Assembly: GCA_951406725.2 (NCBI GenBank) | Contig: OX597814.1 | Location: 114,886,001 to 114,950,000 of the forward strand | Source: Octopus vulgaris | Lineage: Eukaryota | Reading direction: 5' to 3' | Length of the DNA stretch: 64,000 nt | Translations under genes and position numbers: made by a program | Part shown: positions 25,381 to 38,674 of the stretch, piece after piece | How positions within the stretch are numbered: position 1 is the first letter of the stretch | Layout of the letters: each line of letters starts with the position of its first letter | The notes under the pieces: generated by a model | What the model saw: the letters and a program-made list of their open reading frames with translations, nothing else | The model's database searches: none | What the model was told of the DNA's origin: nothing

Positions 25381-25816
25381 TATGAATTATTTATTGAGAT
25401 GTTGATTTGGTCAGGACGTCAGATCACAAAAGAAACAGACTCAAAACCTAATGAATATGGATCGACAACTACATATTCTGCATGATAAATTCCTCCGTCT
25501 TAAGCGAGGAGTTGTAGCGGAAAAATATCGTTTAAGTATAAAGATTTATATGACCAGCTCTTCCCGGCTCACATACACCTGTTGTCACACATATACGTAT
25601 TAAATCTAAAAGAAAACACGCAATCACGTACTCATCACAATCGCTCAGTTTTTCTTTCTTTCTCCATTTCTTTCTTTCTCTCTCCATCTCTCTCTCTCTT
25701 TCTTTCTATCTCATTCTCTCTCACTCATAGAGTTACGAACATAGAATTTCTTCATCCTAATTTATATCCTCATCTGATTCTGTTGTTCGTTCAGGCGTAT
25801 ATACTATAATAACACA

Positions 25817-25886
<70 letters not shown>

Positions 25887-25968
25887 TGTATGTATAACCA
25901 TATGTATATATATTTCCATGAATGTATATGTGCAGACTAGACTTGTGAATGTCTGTTGAGATTATATA

Positions 25969-26125
25969 TATTCTTTTCTACTCTTGGCACAAGGCCCTAA
26001 ATATTTTGGGGAGGGGGACAGTCGATTAGATCGACCCCAGTACACAACTGGTACTTAATTGATCGATCCCAAAAGAATGAAAGGCAAAGTCGACCATGGC
26101 GGAATAATTTGAGCTCAGAACGTAA
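25969..26125 (-). mobile_element. SINE family B 3' part
   Basis: TTCTTTTCTACTCTTGGCACAAGGCC..GATCGACCCCAGTAC..AAAGGCAAAGTCGACC. Confidence 0.88.
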
Positions 26126-26411
26126 ATGAGAATTTATATACTGTAGATCATTAGAATCAGAATGAAAATCAAACATTTAGTTAAAATTTTAGCAATATCA
26201 GGAACGTGAAAAAGTATGATCAATGAGAAGACAGAGTCAATTTTCTCTTAGAAACTTGATTAAGTGTCTTTGAGTAGAAAAAAACGTAGAACTTAGAAAT
26301 ATATAATGATAAAAACATGTTTGTAAACGATAGAAACATAATATACAACCATACATGTATATGCATGTATGGATGTGTGTGTGTGCCTGTCTGTCTTTCT
26401 GTCGCTCTCTC

Positions 26412-26448
<37 letters not shown>

Positions 26449-26598
26449 GAATGTTTCTATATGTTTGCTTCTCATCATTTGACGACTGGTATTAGTTTGC
26501 TTACTCTCTCGTAATTTAAAGGTTCGCCACTAAGTGACCAATTAAGTACTACAGGTCGATTTCATTGTCTAAACTCAGCATAGTACCAGAAAACAAGA

Positions 26599-26601
26599 CA
26601 C

Positions 26602-26692
<91 letters not shown>
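26599..26692. repeat. (CA)n microsatellite
   Basis: Directly visible. Confidence 0.97.
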
Positions 26693-26694
<2 letters not shown>

Positions 26695-26764
26695 TATATA
26701 TATATAGTTGAAAGTTATAGAAAAACAAAAGTCGAAGATAGGTTTATGAAGTGCAAGCAAGTGC

Positions 26765-27500
26765 AAACTGAGGTAACTCAGATAACTTAGATATGTTTCA
26801 ACCAAAGATTGGTCCAGGCCATGCTTAACTTAATAGCATTACCTCATAGAGTTAGTTAAATCCTTTTAAAGCCAACTTTTGTGACATCATGGTCTGTTCG
26901 AGTAGGGAGTTGTTGTTGAGTGAGTTGTATCCAGGTATAGGTGGCTTGTCTGGTATTCCTTGAAGAAATTTGTCCAGATTCCGTTTAAATGTGATGGGAT
27001 CCTTTTCCTCTTTGATCTGTTTCGGGACATGTTAAATAGGGCAGGGCCTGTTGAGGAAAAGAAATTGTGTCGCAGTGTATTTATATGTTGTGATCCCGAA
27101 TTGCATAGGGGATGTATGGCCTGTTTCCTAACCTTGGCTCAATTTTGAAGTTAATGTTGAGGTCATTTGAAGCTAATGTTGAGGGTGCTGAAGACAATAG
27201 AGTTTCAATGCTTTAAGGCAGTCCCCAAAATCGAGACCAGTTATGCCCTTAATTTAGTGAAAGACGTTTGGGTTGATTCAATTTTCAAAATGTTTTGTTT
27301 TGTATGGGGAGACCACAGGGGGTAGTACAAAAGGTGTGGCCGTACAAAAGGGTCGAAAGAGGAATGATGACACTTTCTTCTCTGGACCGGAAAAATCTTT
27401 ATACCCAGGAGCTCAGCCTACGAGGTATATCGACCATATTTTTGATGTGAGCACTCCAGCTGAGATTGTTGTCAACAATTACTCCTAGGTCTCTGATATT
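26765..27500 (-). mobile_element. CR1/L2-group LINE 3' fragment (5'-truncated)
   Basis: Minus strand starts NIRDLGVIVDNNLSWSAHI (same as the end of the 56234 ORF), continues to HNFFSSTGPALFN and a 3' UTR shared with 35201. Confidence 0.9.
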
Positions 27501-27612
27501 ATTATATATGATTTATTAATTTTTTGCAAAAGCCACAGAATGTTCAAGAACCGAGTTTGTTAAGTGCTATCGCACGAAACTTTCGGGCTTTCGGGCACTC
27601 TGTTGATTCTGC

Positions 27613-27659
<47 letters not shown>

Positions 27660-27885
27660 CATAATACATTTAACATCGAGCTAGATAGTTAAATATCAGT
27701 GAGAATCAGTAAGGGAATCTGTTGAAACCAGGGAGCTTTCCTCAGAACATTTGATACGCAAAGAAACAAATTGGCAAAGGCTGGCATTTGGAGTTTACAT
27801 TCTCCAAATCACTGAGCATACATATGCACGGGATTGTGTATATGCTTAAGCGAACTATTAAACCACACACACACACACACACATA

Positions 27886-28080
27886 TTGTTTCAGTCATTA
27901 GACTTCGACCATGCTGGGGCTCACCTTGAATTTTTTTTAGTCGAATGAGTCACCCATAGTACTTATTCTTTTAAGTCGGGTACTTATTCTATTAGTCTCT
28001 TCCGCTGAAATGCGATATTACGGGGACCTAAACATATCAACACCGGTTGTTAAGCAGTAGAGGGGGACAAACACAGATAA

Positions 28081-28150
<70 letters not shown>

Positions 28151-28303
28151 GACGGGCTTCTTTCAGTTTCCGTCTACCAAAGCAGCTCTCAAAACTATGG
28201 TCGGGTGGAAGCTATAATAGAAGACACCTGCCCAAGGTGCCACGCAGTGGAACTAAATTCGGGACCATGTGGTTGGGAAGCAAGCTTCTTACCACTCAAT
28301 CAC
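27886..28303 (-). mobile_element. SINE family A
   Basis: Reverse complement homolog with internal (CA)(TA) tract. Confidence 0.9.
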
Positions 28304-28322
28304 ATATATAGTGTGAAAGAGG

Positions 28323-28354
<32 letters not shown>

Positions 28355-29787
28355 CGTATATAAGCACGTAAATGCATAAATGCACTCACATACATGTGTG
28401 TATGTGAGATGGAGGAAGAGAGGGGGAAGAAAGAAAATCTGTTTGTTATGCTCGAGGTTTTTGTCAAAAGTTCCATCTCATGCAAAATTGCTTTCAATCA
28501 GCAGCTATTTACTGCAATTTAATATACGCGTTTAGCATATAAAAACGGTTCAGCAATTGATGTTTGGAATAAGGTTGCAGCGACATCGATGACGATAGTA
28601 AAGGCTAAAACATCAATTTTAGGGTCAATTTTTTTTTTACCTTTGTAAAGACATGAAGCTAACTACTGCAAGTAATTCTATCGTGGATTCTAAAGGTTTC
28701 GCTGTGAATTGATCTGATAAGAAAATTTATTTCTAGCTTTAGCACAGGACTAATATTTTCGGGAAGGATATATTCAATATCATAGACATCCCTATGTGGT
28801 TGGTATTTATTTTATTAACCTCGACGTGATGGCAGAGAAATGCATGTTTGTCAAAGAAAGAAATTGACAGCTTAACACGTACTTGCTATTGAATTAAACC
28901 GGAATAATTATTCCAGTTATGGAGATACTGAATTATAGAAATCAATATAGTGGCAAAATAGTTATAACGACAGACGAAACGTCTTGCGATATTCAGTTAC
29001 AGCACTTCTCTCCGAAGTCAATTACTGGGATCCATGTCATCAACTAAATCTTTGTTCTCAAAATTACTTGCCTTGTCCCTAAATTAGAAACAATTATGAG
29101 GAGGGTTAAGATAACTTCTGTTGCTAACAAGAGTTATTAGCGAGTTCCCGACATACTTCTTAAACATGATTACAGTTACTCACATGTAATTTTGTTTAAT
29201 GATCGCACTCTGATCACAAATGTTGCAAATATTATAAGCTAGCAATGGAAACTACGTGATTTCTCGACGGTTAAAATTAGCAACCGAAGCAGACCTATCT
29301 CTTTCAGATCCCACTCTGCCGTCTTGGAAAACTAAAAGACGCTTCTGGCTAAAGGCTTCTTCCAGAGGTTTCCTCGATTAGCATCGTTAAGTTAAATCCA
29401 CTCCAGCATATGGCTAATAGATTCATCGCTGCGATAAATTCAAATGACTTACAAATGTGAACCACATAGTTATTTTGCTAAATGTTTTCAGTTGTAAATG
29501 GTTCATACAGTGAAAATCCTTTTTTATACACGTGATACTATTTGCAATAGTGCAGTGATGCATCAAAATATATAAAGAGCCAGTTTGCTATTTTATACAT
29601 GTCTCCCATTCACTTCCAGCGTAATTATCTTGTAGTTACTTGTTTTCTGTTGAATACAAATATACATGATTTCACGCTATAGTTTTTACAATCTTCGTTT
29701 GCATCCAAGCATTTCTCTAGAGGTACTGTGGTTGCATTAATAGTTACATCCTTGCTATATAAACTTTAGAAATATGCGTTCGAAATA

Positions 29788-30180
29788 AGACGGTGAGCTG
29801 GCAGAAACGTTAGAACTCTGGGCGAAATGCTTACCGGTATTTCGTCTGCCGTTACGTTCTGAGTTCAAATTCCGCCGAGGTCGACTTTGCCTTTCATCCT
29901 TTCGGTGTCGATTAAATAAGTACCAGTTACGTACTGGGGTCGATATAATGGACTTAATCTGTTTGTCTGTCCTTGTTTGTCCTCTCTGTATTTAGCCCCT
30001 TGTGGGTAGTAAAGAAATGGGTATTTCGTCTGTTTTTACGTTCTGAGTTCAAATTCCGCCGAGGTCGACTTTGCTTTTCATCCTTTCGGGGTCGATAAAT
30101 TAAGTGCCAGTTGCGTACTGGGATCGATCTAATAGACTGACCCCTTCTCCAAACATTTCGGGCTGGTTTCTAACAAAGAT
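29788..30180 (+). mobile_element. SINE family B dimeric copy
   Basis: A-box-like TGGCAGAAACG, B box GAGTTCAAATTCC present twice. Confidence 0.92.
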
Positions 30181-32207
30181 ACAAAACTCCATCGTTGGGC
30201 TATAGATGTATTAAAAACAATATCACATGTTGAACATGAGAGAGTCTCCCATACTTCTACCCTTCCACTTACAGATTGCATTTTAAAAGTGCGAGTTGTC
30301 CTTCCTTTGATTTTCTGTTTATCGTGATTTATATTTTCCATTGACACTGCGTGGTTAATATACCGTCTTAGTATTGATCTGTCGTTTTATGTACACTATA
30401 CCTAATATCCAAGATTACACATGGTTTTATGCCATCTTTAATAACGTTTTGATTTCTTAACAGCTGTTCTTTATATTCATACATTCCGGCCTGCTTCTAT
30501 GGTAAGATATTCAATATTTTCCAAAGGAAAATACAGCCTGTGAAAGAAAAAATATATTATGGCTTTATATGCGAACAAATAAGTGAAGTAGTTTGGAGTT
30601 CCTTTTGTTCATGTAGATTATGGTGTTTTGCCGTTTTTGTTTTAGAAAAATCACTCCGTTTGTCCCTTGAGTAACCACTCGGGTGTTGATTTTTATCTCT
30701 TGAATAATCTAATTTTGTTGCTGAAATTTCATGTTAAATTAGTGAGTCTGTCAAAAAGTGTAATTGTCTATATTACATTAGTGGTATGCCATTACATTGG
30801 TAAATTTGACACTGATTATGCAGGTCTTGTGTTCCTGTAGACTTTTTGTGTTCCCTTTTATTGATTATAATTCTATGCGTTGGGAATCTTTATTTTGTTA
30901 TTTATTTTGTGCCCAATATAACTGGATTAACAGTTAGTATGACTATCACTGTTGTATTTCTTTTTTTTTTTAAATTGATGTCCTAGTAGAATGTTTTAGC
31001 ATTTATGATCAATGATTTATATTTTCAAGCAGCAATAATTCATAATGTATTATTTGTTTGAATCTTTTATTTTTCTTTTCTCAAGATCAGTTGTTTCAAT
31101 TTTTCTATCAGTTCCCGGCTATCTTATATTTTCTTTGTATTGTATTTCATTGATATTTCTGTCTTTCTTATTATTCCTCATTTTCTATTTTGCTGGGCAA
31201 AAAGATTTTCTCATTATATCAAATTTATATTGCATTTTATATTTTATTTATCGAGCCTTTGGATGGACCGAGTGAGAGGTAACTTACTGTAAAAGAATGA
31301 AACCTACACCCAAGACCAAATTCAGTTATTTAATGAATTAACATCCAAGTGTTTTTTTCTGTTCAAATAATTTATCGCGTGTCTCTGCCACTATATGGCG
31401 ATAATTTCTCGGAGAACTTTGTCTATTGGTTGCTTGAAGAGATGTTTGTGTGTCCATCCATATTTACTGATTAGTCCCACTTTCTTTTGCTGTTGTTGTA
31501 GTTATCATTATTATTGTTGTTGTTAATTAGCAATGCTATTTTTATTGCGTGCTATTACTGCATTACCGAGTGCAGCTCTATGTGCCTTGCGCACATGCAT
31601 TTTTTTGTTTTGACTTTCGTTATTTTTACTATATGGAAAATACTCTGCATGATATGTATGCAGTCTAGCAGTGCTATCCTCTCTATATTATGCATATTTG
31701 TGTATGATGATGTTTTGCTTATGTTTTTGTCTGCATGATTTTTAATTTTTCCCCGAGCATCTATTATAATAGGAACTGTACTGTTTTCAGGACATATATT
31801 CGCGTTTTCTCTATTTTCATATTTGGATAATTGCTCCAAATATAGGAAAATTTATTTCTTTAAGAAATTACATTATCATATGCTGCAACTGATATGTCGA
31901 TTAGGAAGCATTTCTTTCGAGGTTGACCTTGTATTTGACAACTATACCTGTTCGATTAATCTAGATTTCCGTCTGTGTGTGTCGGCACGGTATGGCTGAC
32001 TTGCTGTCGTCGAAGACGAAAAATTGGGCAGTAACCGCAGAGGTAACCACAGAAAATTAGATACTCCAACAGATCTACCCTTTCATAAATATTATAAACC
32101 AAGAAATAATTGCCGTTAAGAATACTGTACGTCGAAAATGTAGATAAGTGGACTGAAAAGGTACAGAACTACACTTAACTTTGCTAAGGTTTTGAAAATT
32201 TAATAGA

Positions 32208-32350
32208 ATGTTTCCGTCTATCAAATCCGCTCGCAAGGCTTTGTTTGTCCCGAAGCTATAGCGGAAAACACTCGCTCAAGATACCACGCAGTAGACTGAA
32301 CACGAAACCATATTGTTGAGAAACAAGCTTCTTATCACACGGCCACGCCG
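32208..32350 (-). mobile_element. SINE family A 5' half
   Basis: TTTCCGTCTATCAAATCCGCTCGCAAGGCTTTG..CAAGCTTCTTATCACACGGCCACGCC. Confidence 0.85.
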
Positions 32351-32389
32351 GAAAACAGTAATAATAATAATAATAAGAAGAAGAAGAAT

Positions 32390-32450
<61 letters not shown>

Positions 32451-34690
32451 TAAAATCAGTTGAGCACCGGACTGTAACATTTACCTACGGCTGATTTTAT
32501 GTTATAACCCTAACAAAGTTAGCTTCTCTTTTATTCTTTCTGTAATGGATTAACTAAAGTAACACTTTAGTTCTGAGGTCTGCCAGTGTAAAATTCCTAT
32601 AAAGCATTTTAAGTGTAAATGGGATAATAATAATAGAGATCTGTATAAAGTGAAGATGTTGGTGTTTAATCTCAAATCATCCAACGTTTTCCAGCCGTGA
32701 CCATTCCGACTTTTTTCAGGCACGCTGTATCGAGGAATATGTTGTGCTATGTTTCATTCTATTTCTGAACGCTGTGCTCTAAGGCAGATTGTCAGCTACT
32801 TCTTGTTGGAAATGCAGCTCAAATTCACTTAGCTTTGATGTTAATAAAAACAAATTATATCAAACAGAACATGTTTATTGAATAACAAGCAAAAACCCTT
32901 CAAGTGATTAGATATAGCATCTCAGACTAACTTTTAAAGGATAACCATATAATCTATTTATATTTGGGACACAACTCAACTTTCATTGCAGCGACCGATT
33001 TGTGTTAACCATCACGAAATGCCCTCAAATATAACTCTAGGCCCTGTTTTGATAAATACAAGGATGAGTATAGCAACGAATGTACCATTTTTATTACGGA
33101 ATGTTGTTGCAGATATGGATGGAATATTGATATTTTTCAGGATCGATGTGATATTATGCTTTGTTTTTGCTTTTAGATTAGTTTGTGTATGAAGCAAAAA
33201 TCATAAATCACATTAGAAACATTATAGAAATAGATAAAGTTAAGAAATTCAATAAACTTTGTTAATTGTAGCTTTAGTTGTCGTGAGGGGTGAAAATGCG
33301 ATTTGACAGTAATATAATAAAATAAAGGCGGATGATGGGGGTAAATACGTTGAAAAGCGGAGACAGGAGATAGAGGAGGGGATGATCGCAGTGATGTTGA
33401 GAACGAAGAGTATATAGTAAGAAAGGGAATCGAGAAAGATGTTCTCGGTTTGAGAGATGGCTGGAAGCTGGAGTTGCTTAGGATGAGGAGATTGGTGTGA
33501 GGTTGCTGAAGAAGAGGATGCTGCGTTGTGTAAGATAATCATTCGTTTTCGAGTTTGAAATTTTGGGCTGTCTGTTTGTCTGTCCGTCTCTCTCTCTCTC
33601 TCTCTCTGTTTTTCTCACACACACATATACACATGCGTGTATGAGTGTGTATTTACCTCGTACCAGTATAGTGAGGATTATGAATAGTAAAGCAATATAC
33701 TCATTGCAGAGCTCTGAAATTGATTACAAAATCTTGACCAAAGTGTTTTTTGAGGGAATTTCTTCGCTATACGTATGGCCTCTGGACAAGGATTAGTTAT
33801 GCAATCAAGTAAGCGGGAAATCTCGTTGAATCTAACATTTTCGAAGTAATATTTTGTAAAGAATTCATTCAGCAACATTAAAGTGATTTGATATATGAAT
33901 TTTCGCGTGAAACTTAACGTCGCGAAATGTCATGACATTTGTATTACAGTAAAAGTGCTACAGAATATATAACGAAAGTCCAACGTATCACTGACGTTGA
34001 ATTCCTGTAATGAGTTTAGTTAGATACATAAATAAATCTTAATTCTCAAGCCACCATGATGTATTGATAGATAGAAATTTAAGCCGAATCTGTAGCTATT
34101 AATAGAACATAGGAAATGTGGTAGTTTCGGAAAGAAAATCTAGTTTTATTTTTAATAATTCAAATGGATTTTAATACGCAATACTAGATTATTTTCTTGG
34201 TAGCTCATCATATTTTATTGAATAGTTTCAATGTAAAATGTCCTAACCGTGCTGAAATTTCTGATTTTTTCCATTAGTTATTCAGTAAAAAAAAAGAAAA
34301 GAATGTATATTTTATATTACGTACCTTTTATGTCTGGTCGTAGTTATAATTTTGATTATCTTTTAGAAAAAGAATATATATCTGCGAATTTATGAAACAA
34401 TTTAAAGATTTTATGTTACAATAAGAGCCTGCCAAAACAATTAAAACGGCATTAACTTCGTTTACTTTCGCTGAATTGAATACCAGCAAACGAAAGTTAA
34501 TATGTCACTGGAAGTAACGCTCGGATTGATCAATAATTATGCGAGAACTTTTATTTAGAATCTTCGAATCGGAAATCTACACGGATCCTTTGCCTAGAAG
34601 AATAATCATCCACCAAAAGTAGGACAGCAATTTGGCCGCATTTCAAGTATGATCTAAGACTCCGGCCTGGGATTTAGTACTATCATCCGT

Positions 34691-34742
<52 letters not shown>

Positions 34743-34756
34743 TGTGTGTTTACACC

Positions 34757-35013
34757 AGAGTAAGCACATAAATATGAAATAAGGTAGGAAGAAAATAGAA
34801 CTCGAATACTGGAGGTAGAGTAATATGCTTTATTATTAAAGCTGCAAAAACATCAGTAAAAATATCACAAAAAACTGCTACTCAGAGTAACACATCGCCG
34901 GACAGTTTTGATTGAGAATGTTTTCATTGGTTCTCAATCAAAACTGTCCGACGAATGGGAACGTGAAACTCTGAGTAACAGCTATTTGTGATATTTTTGT
35001 GATTTTTTGCAGC
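34757..35013. mobile_element. Fold-back element (leader + long hairpin) with hammerhead-like motif
   Basis: Arms 34841-34918 and 34931-35013 are inverted; homolog of 41189-41420; follows (TG)n. Confidence 0.75.
34944..34981 (+). ncRNA. Minimal type-I hammerhead ribozyme-like motif
   Basis: CTGT-CCGACGA-ATG(GGAA)CGT-GAAA-CTCTGAG-TA-ACAG: stem I CTGT/ACAG, short stem II, near-palindromic stem III, GTA cleavage triplet. Confidence 0.6.
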
Positions 35014-35145
35014 GCAGGCTATATTATTAGCATTATCCTGCGTTTGAGAATTTAAGGAATTTAAAATCACTACTTTAACTTTCTAAGGCATTCTAACGCT
35101 TCTAAAGCAAACTTTGTTTGTTTGTTTGTTTACGTTCATCGTAAT

Positions 35146-35200
<55 letters not shown>

Positions 35201-35204
<4 letters not shown>

Positions 35205-36155
35205 TAGATAAACTTGGATATGTTTCGACCAAAGATTGGTCCAGGCCATGTCTAACTTAATAGCACCACCTGATAGGATTATTCGAATCCTGTTTAAGTC
35301 AAGTTTTGTTTATGGTCCATTCAAGTAGTGAGTTCTTGTTGGGTGAGTTGTATCCAATTATGGATGGCTTATCTGGTATTCTTTGAAGGAATCTATCCAG
35401 ACTCCGTTTAAAGTTGATGGGATCCTTTTCCTCTTTGATCTCTTTCAGGACAACGTTAAATAGGGCAGGGCCTGTTGAGGAAAAGAAATTATGTTGCAGT
35501 GTACATGTATGCTGTGATCTTGAATTGGGCAGGTGACGTATGGCCCGTGGTCCCAGTCTTGAATGAACCTTGAAGCTAATGTTCAGGTCGTTTGGGCAAA
35601 GTTGGAGGTATATTCTCTACATCGTACAAATGATGTATTGTTAGAGGCTGTGAGCGATTCCCCTGAAGGAAGACAGTATGGCTGTTTTAGTGAGGAATTT
35701 CTTCCAAAATGCATCAGCTCAAATTTTCCCTCGTTCAGTTGCATTTTGTTTCTATCTGCCCATTGACTCACAGCATATAGATCAGACTGGAGTTGAGTTC
35801 GGTCTGCTTCTTCATTGACGATTTGCTGGAGCTTAGTGTCATCAGCAAATATTTTCACTTTGCAGTAATGTACGACACTGGAAATTTATGTAAATTATGA
35901 AGAGTAGCGGACCCAAGACAGTCCCCTGGGGGACACCGCTGGTGACTTTTGCTGGGCTTGAGTGGACTCCATCAACTACAACATGTGTTGTATTCGCCAG
36001 GAAATACTTAATTCAGTGTAGAACTTTTCCACGGATTCCAACATTTGCCAATTTTGAGAGTAGGATATTATGGTCTACCCTGTCGAACGCTTTACTGAAG
36101 TCAAGATATATGACGTCAGAGTTCGAACCTGTTCCCAAGGCTTTGATTACATCTT
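35201..36155 (-). mobile_element. CR1/L2-group LINE fragment (RT to 3' end, internal deletion near 35630)
   Basis: Minus strand IYLDFSKAFDRVDH, SGVPQGTVLGPLLF, FADDTKL; 3' UTR with short TCTAAGTT-like terminal repeats; both ends abut (TA)n. Confidence 0.92.
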
Positions 36156-36156
36156 C

Positions 36157-36191
<35 letters not shown>

Positions 36192-36200
36192 ATATATATA

Positions 36201-36406
36201 AATAAATTGGTAAAAACTATAAGATAACAAAAGAAAGAAAGAGACCTCAATGTTAAATAATTGAGGAATTTATCTGTAAAATAATATGTGACAATTGTTC
36301 AGTAGCTAAAATAACCGAAGAGATGGTGGTGTGGATTTCCACTTCGGCATCCGAAGCATCCGAGTTTTATCTTGGCTACTGAATAATTGTCACATATTAT
36401 TTTACA
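36201..36406. mobile_element. Fold-back element (leader + hairpin) in TA tract, second family
   Basis: TGTAAAATAATATGTGACAATTGTTCAGTAGC (36275) pairs with GCTACTGAATAATTGTCACATATTATTTTACA (ends 36406). Confidence 0.7.
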
Positions 36407-37262
36407 TATATATATATATATATATATATATCGGGAGTAAAACAGCCCAAACAAACATAAATTTTAAAACGGCATAAGGCTGAACATTTGTAGATGGTGG
36501 TGTATGGTCAATTGAATTATCCTAAATATATAACAGGGACGGGACATGTTTTTCTTATTTTGGCATGCAATATGGTCTTCATTGAGATTTGAACTCCAAA
36601 GTCTGAGAAAGGATCTTTATGCTCTTAGGCATATTATCGAGAGCTCTGCTGTATTTGCCACTCCGTCGCTCATGAACAGTCACATAGTAATGCCATGGAA
36701 TGATAGATAGTGTAATAGAAAAGTCATTTTATTATATCTAATGCCATCTGTTATGGTCGACAAGACATCTCTATACAATTAAACAAAGGATCTTTATAAA
36801 CATTTCTTTTCACAGACACTGCAGGGCGTATTTCTTAATAAAGTGATCTCAGATATATTGAATTCACAACAAATATTGCCAAATAATAACGATCAGAAAC
36901 ACCGTGAATAAAGGATCCTTATAAACACACATAGACGCGTACACACACTTACAAATAAATGCTCATACATGCATTGTATACATACATACATACATACATA
37001 CATACATACATACATACATACATACATACATACATACATGTGTGTGTGTGTGTGGAGACAGAGGTCTGTGTTTAAGTTTCATTTGAGAAAGTAGAAATTC
37101 TCATACATCTATATTTTCACATCTACACATATAGAGTATGTTGTTCCCAGTATATATAGACGCTTATGTGTACATGTATCAACAGTAGCTCTACCTCGAG
37201 ATATTGAGAACTGTCCGCAGATTAAAATGCAGCATTTAAAATTTTTAAAGTTTTATATATAT

Positions 37263-37675
37263 CGCAGGCGTGGCTGTGTGGTAAGAAGCTTGCTTCCCAA
37301 CCACATGATTCTAGGTTCATTCCCTCTGCACGGCAACCTGGGTAAATGGTAAGTGTCTTCTTCTATAGCCTCGGGCCAATCAAAGCCTTGTGAGTGGATT
37401 TAGTAGACGGAAACCGAAAGAAGCACTTCGTATATATATATATATATATGCATTGATGTGTCCGTGTTTGCCCCCCCCCCAACATCACTTGACAACCGAT
37501 GTTGGTGTGTGTACGTCACCGTAACTTAGCGGTTCGGCAAATATTTCGATAGAATAAGTACTAGGCTTACAAACAATAAGTGCTGAGGTCGATTTGTTAG
37601 ACTAAAGGCGGTGCTCCAGTATGGCCGCAATCAAAACGACTGAAACGAGTAAAAGAATGAAAGAATAAAAGAAAG
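37263..37675 (+). mobile_element. SINE family A
   Basis: Colinear with 45664-46096. Confidence 0.92.
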
Positions 37676-37971
37676 TGTGTGTTTGCATACTCACACACAC
37701 ACAAAGAAACAAACAATACACACACACACACACATATTTGTGTGTGTGCGCGCGCGCGCATGCAAGCAACTGAGAGGAAGAATTAATTTTTTTTTCAGTT
37801 ACTGTACCATACGAATATCGATTATCCGGTTGGAAATCTCAAATAATAGTGAAGCCAAATAGCAATAGTGATAATAATTATTTTTATTATTAATATGGTT
37901 ATTATCAATGTACCTGCGCATATAGATTACAGATACACATAATTTAATATACATGCACACACACACACACA

Positions 37972-38041
<70 letters not shown>

Positions 38042-38106
38042 CCTACCTACCTACCTGCCTACCTACCTACCTACCTACCTACCTACCTACCTACCTCCCT
38101 CCCTCC

Positions 38107-38143
<37 letters not shown>

Positions 38144-38272
38144 AATCTATCTATCTATCTACCTATCTATCTATCTATCTACCTACCTACCTACCTACCT
38201 ACCTACCTACCTACCTATCCCTCTGTCTGTCTATCTGTCTGTCTGAGTGTCTGTCTGTCTGTCTGTCTGTCT
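37972..38272. repeat. (TCTA)n/(CCTA)n/(TCTG)n compound repeat
   Basis: Directly visible. Confidence 0.95.
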
Positions 38273-38282
38273 ATAGCCATCA

Positions 38283-38450
38283 ATGGCGTGGGTTTTTCTA
38301 TTTTCAATGTTTTCTTCTCTTTCTTCCAATGAAATATCCCATCGAAATGTTAAGACACTTCAATCTCTATCTTTCTGAGCGTGAAACTAACAACAATTTT
38401 TATTGTATTTTGTCTTTTTATTCATGTTATTATCGTCCTGGTTATCATTA
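38283..38450 (+). mobile_element. Decayed copy of the 12221-type element
   Basis: TCTTCCAATGAAATATCCCATCGAAATGTTAAGA..TTTCTGAGCGT in the same order as in the 12221 element; abuts a microsatellite. Confidence 0.4.
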
Positions 38451-38517
38451 TCTATGCATATATCTCTACATCTCCTGAGACCGTGTACTAAAACTGAAAC
38501 AGCTGCAGCGCAGAAGG

Positions 38518-38585
38518 TAATATATTAGGTATATTCAAAGTACAAATACTCATATATAATATATTAGGTATATTCGAAGTACAAA
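38518..38585 (+). repeat. 29-bp direct duplication
   Basis: TAATATATTAGGTATATTC(A/C)(A/G)AGTACAAA-like unit twice, ~10 bp apart. Confidence 0.85.
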
Positions 38586-38674
38586 AACTATTTCTTGTCT
38601 ATATTTATATATGTCTAGAGAAAGATATGCTAGTGACTTTCATTGCTTCTTACTGGTTTACTTACAGTTCAAGC

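Noticed and set aside
30250-31400. Possible decayed Penelope ORF on minus strand (KGRTTRTFK, KVYRN, LVLGVGF)
   Set aside because: Only short scattered motif resemblances; cannot be distinguished from chance without a profile search
33320-33535. Purine-rich stretch and 97-aa minus ORF
   Set aside because: Low complexity, no domain motif or splice evidence
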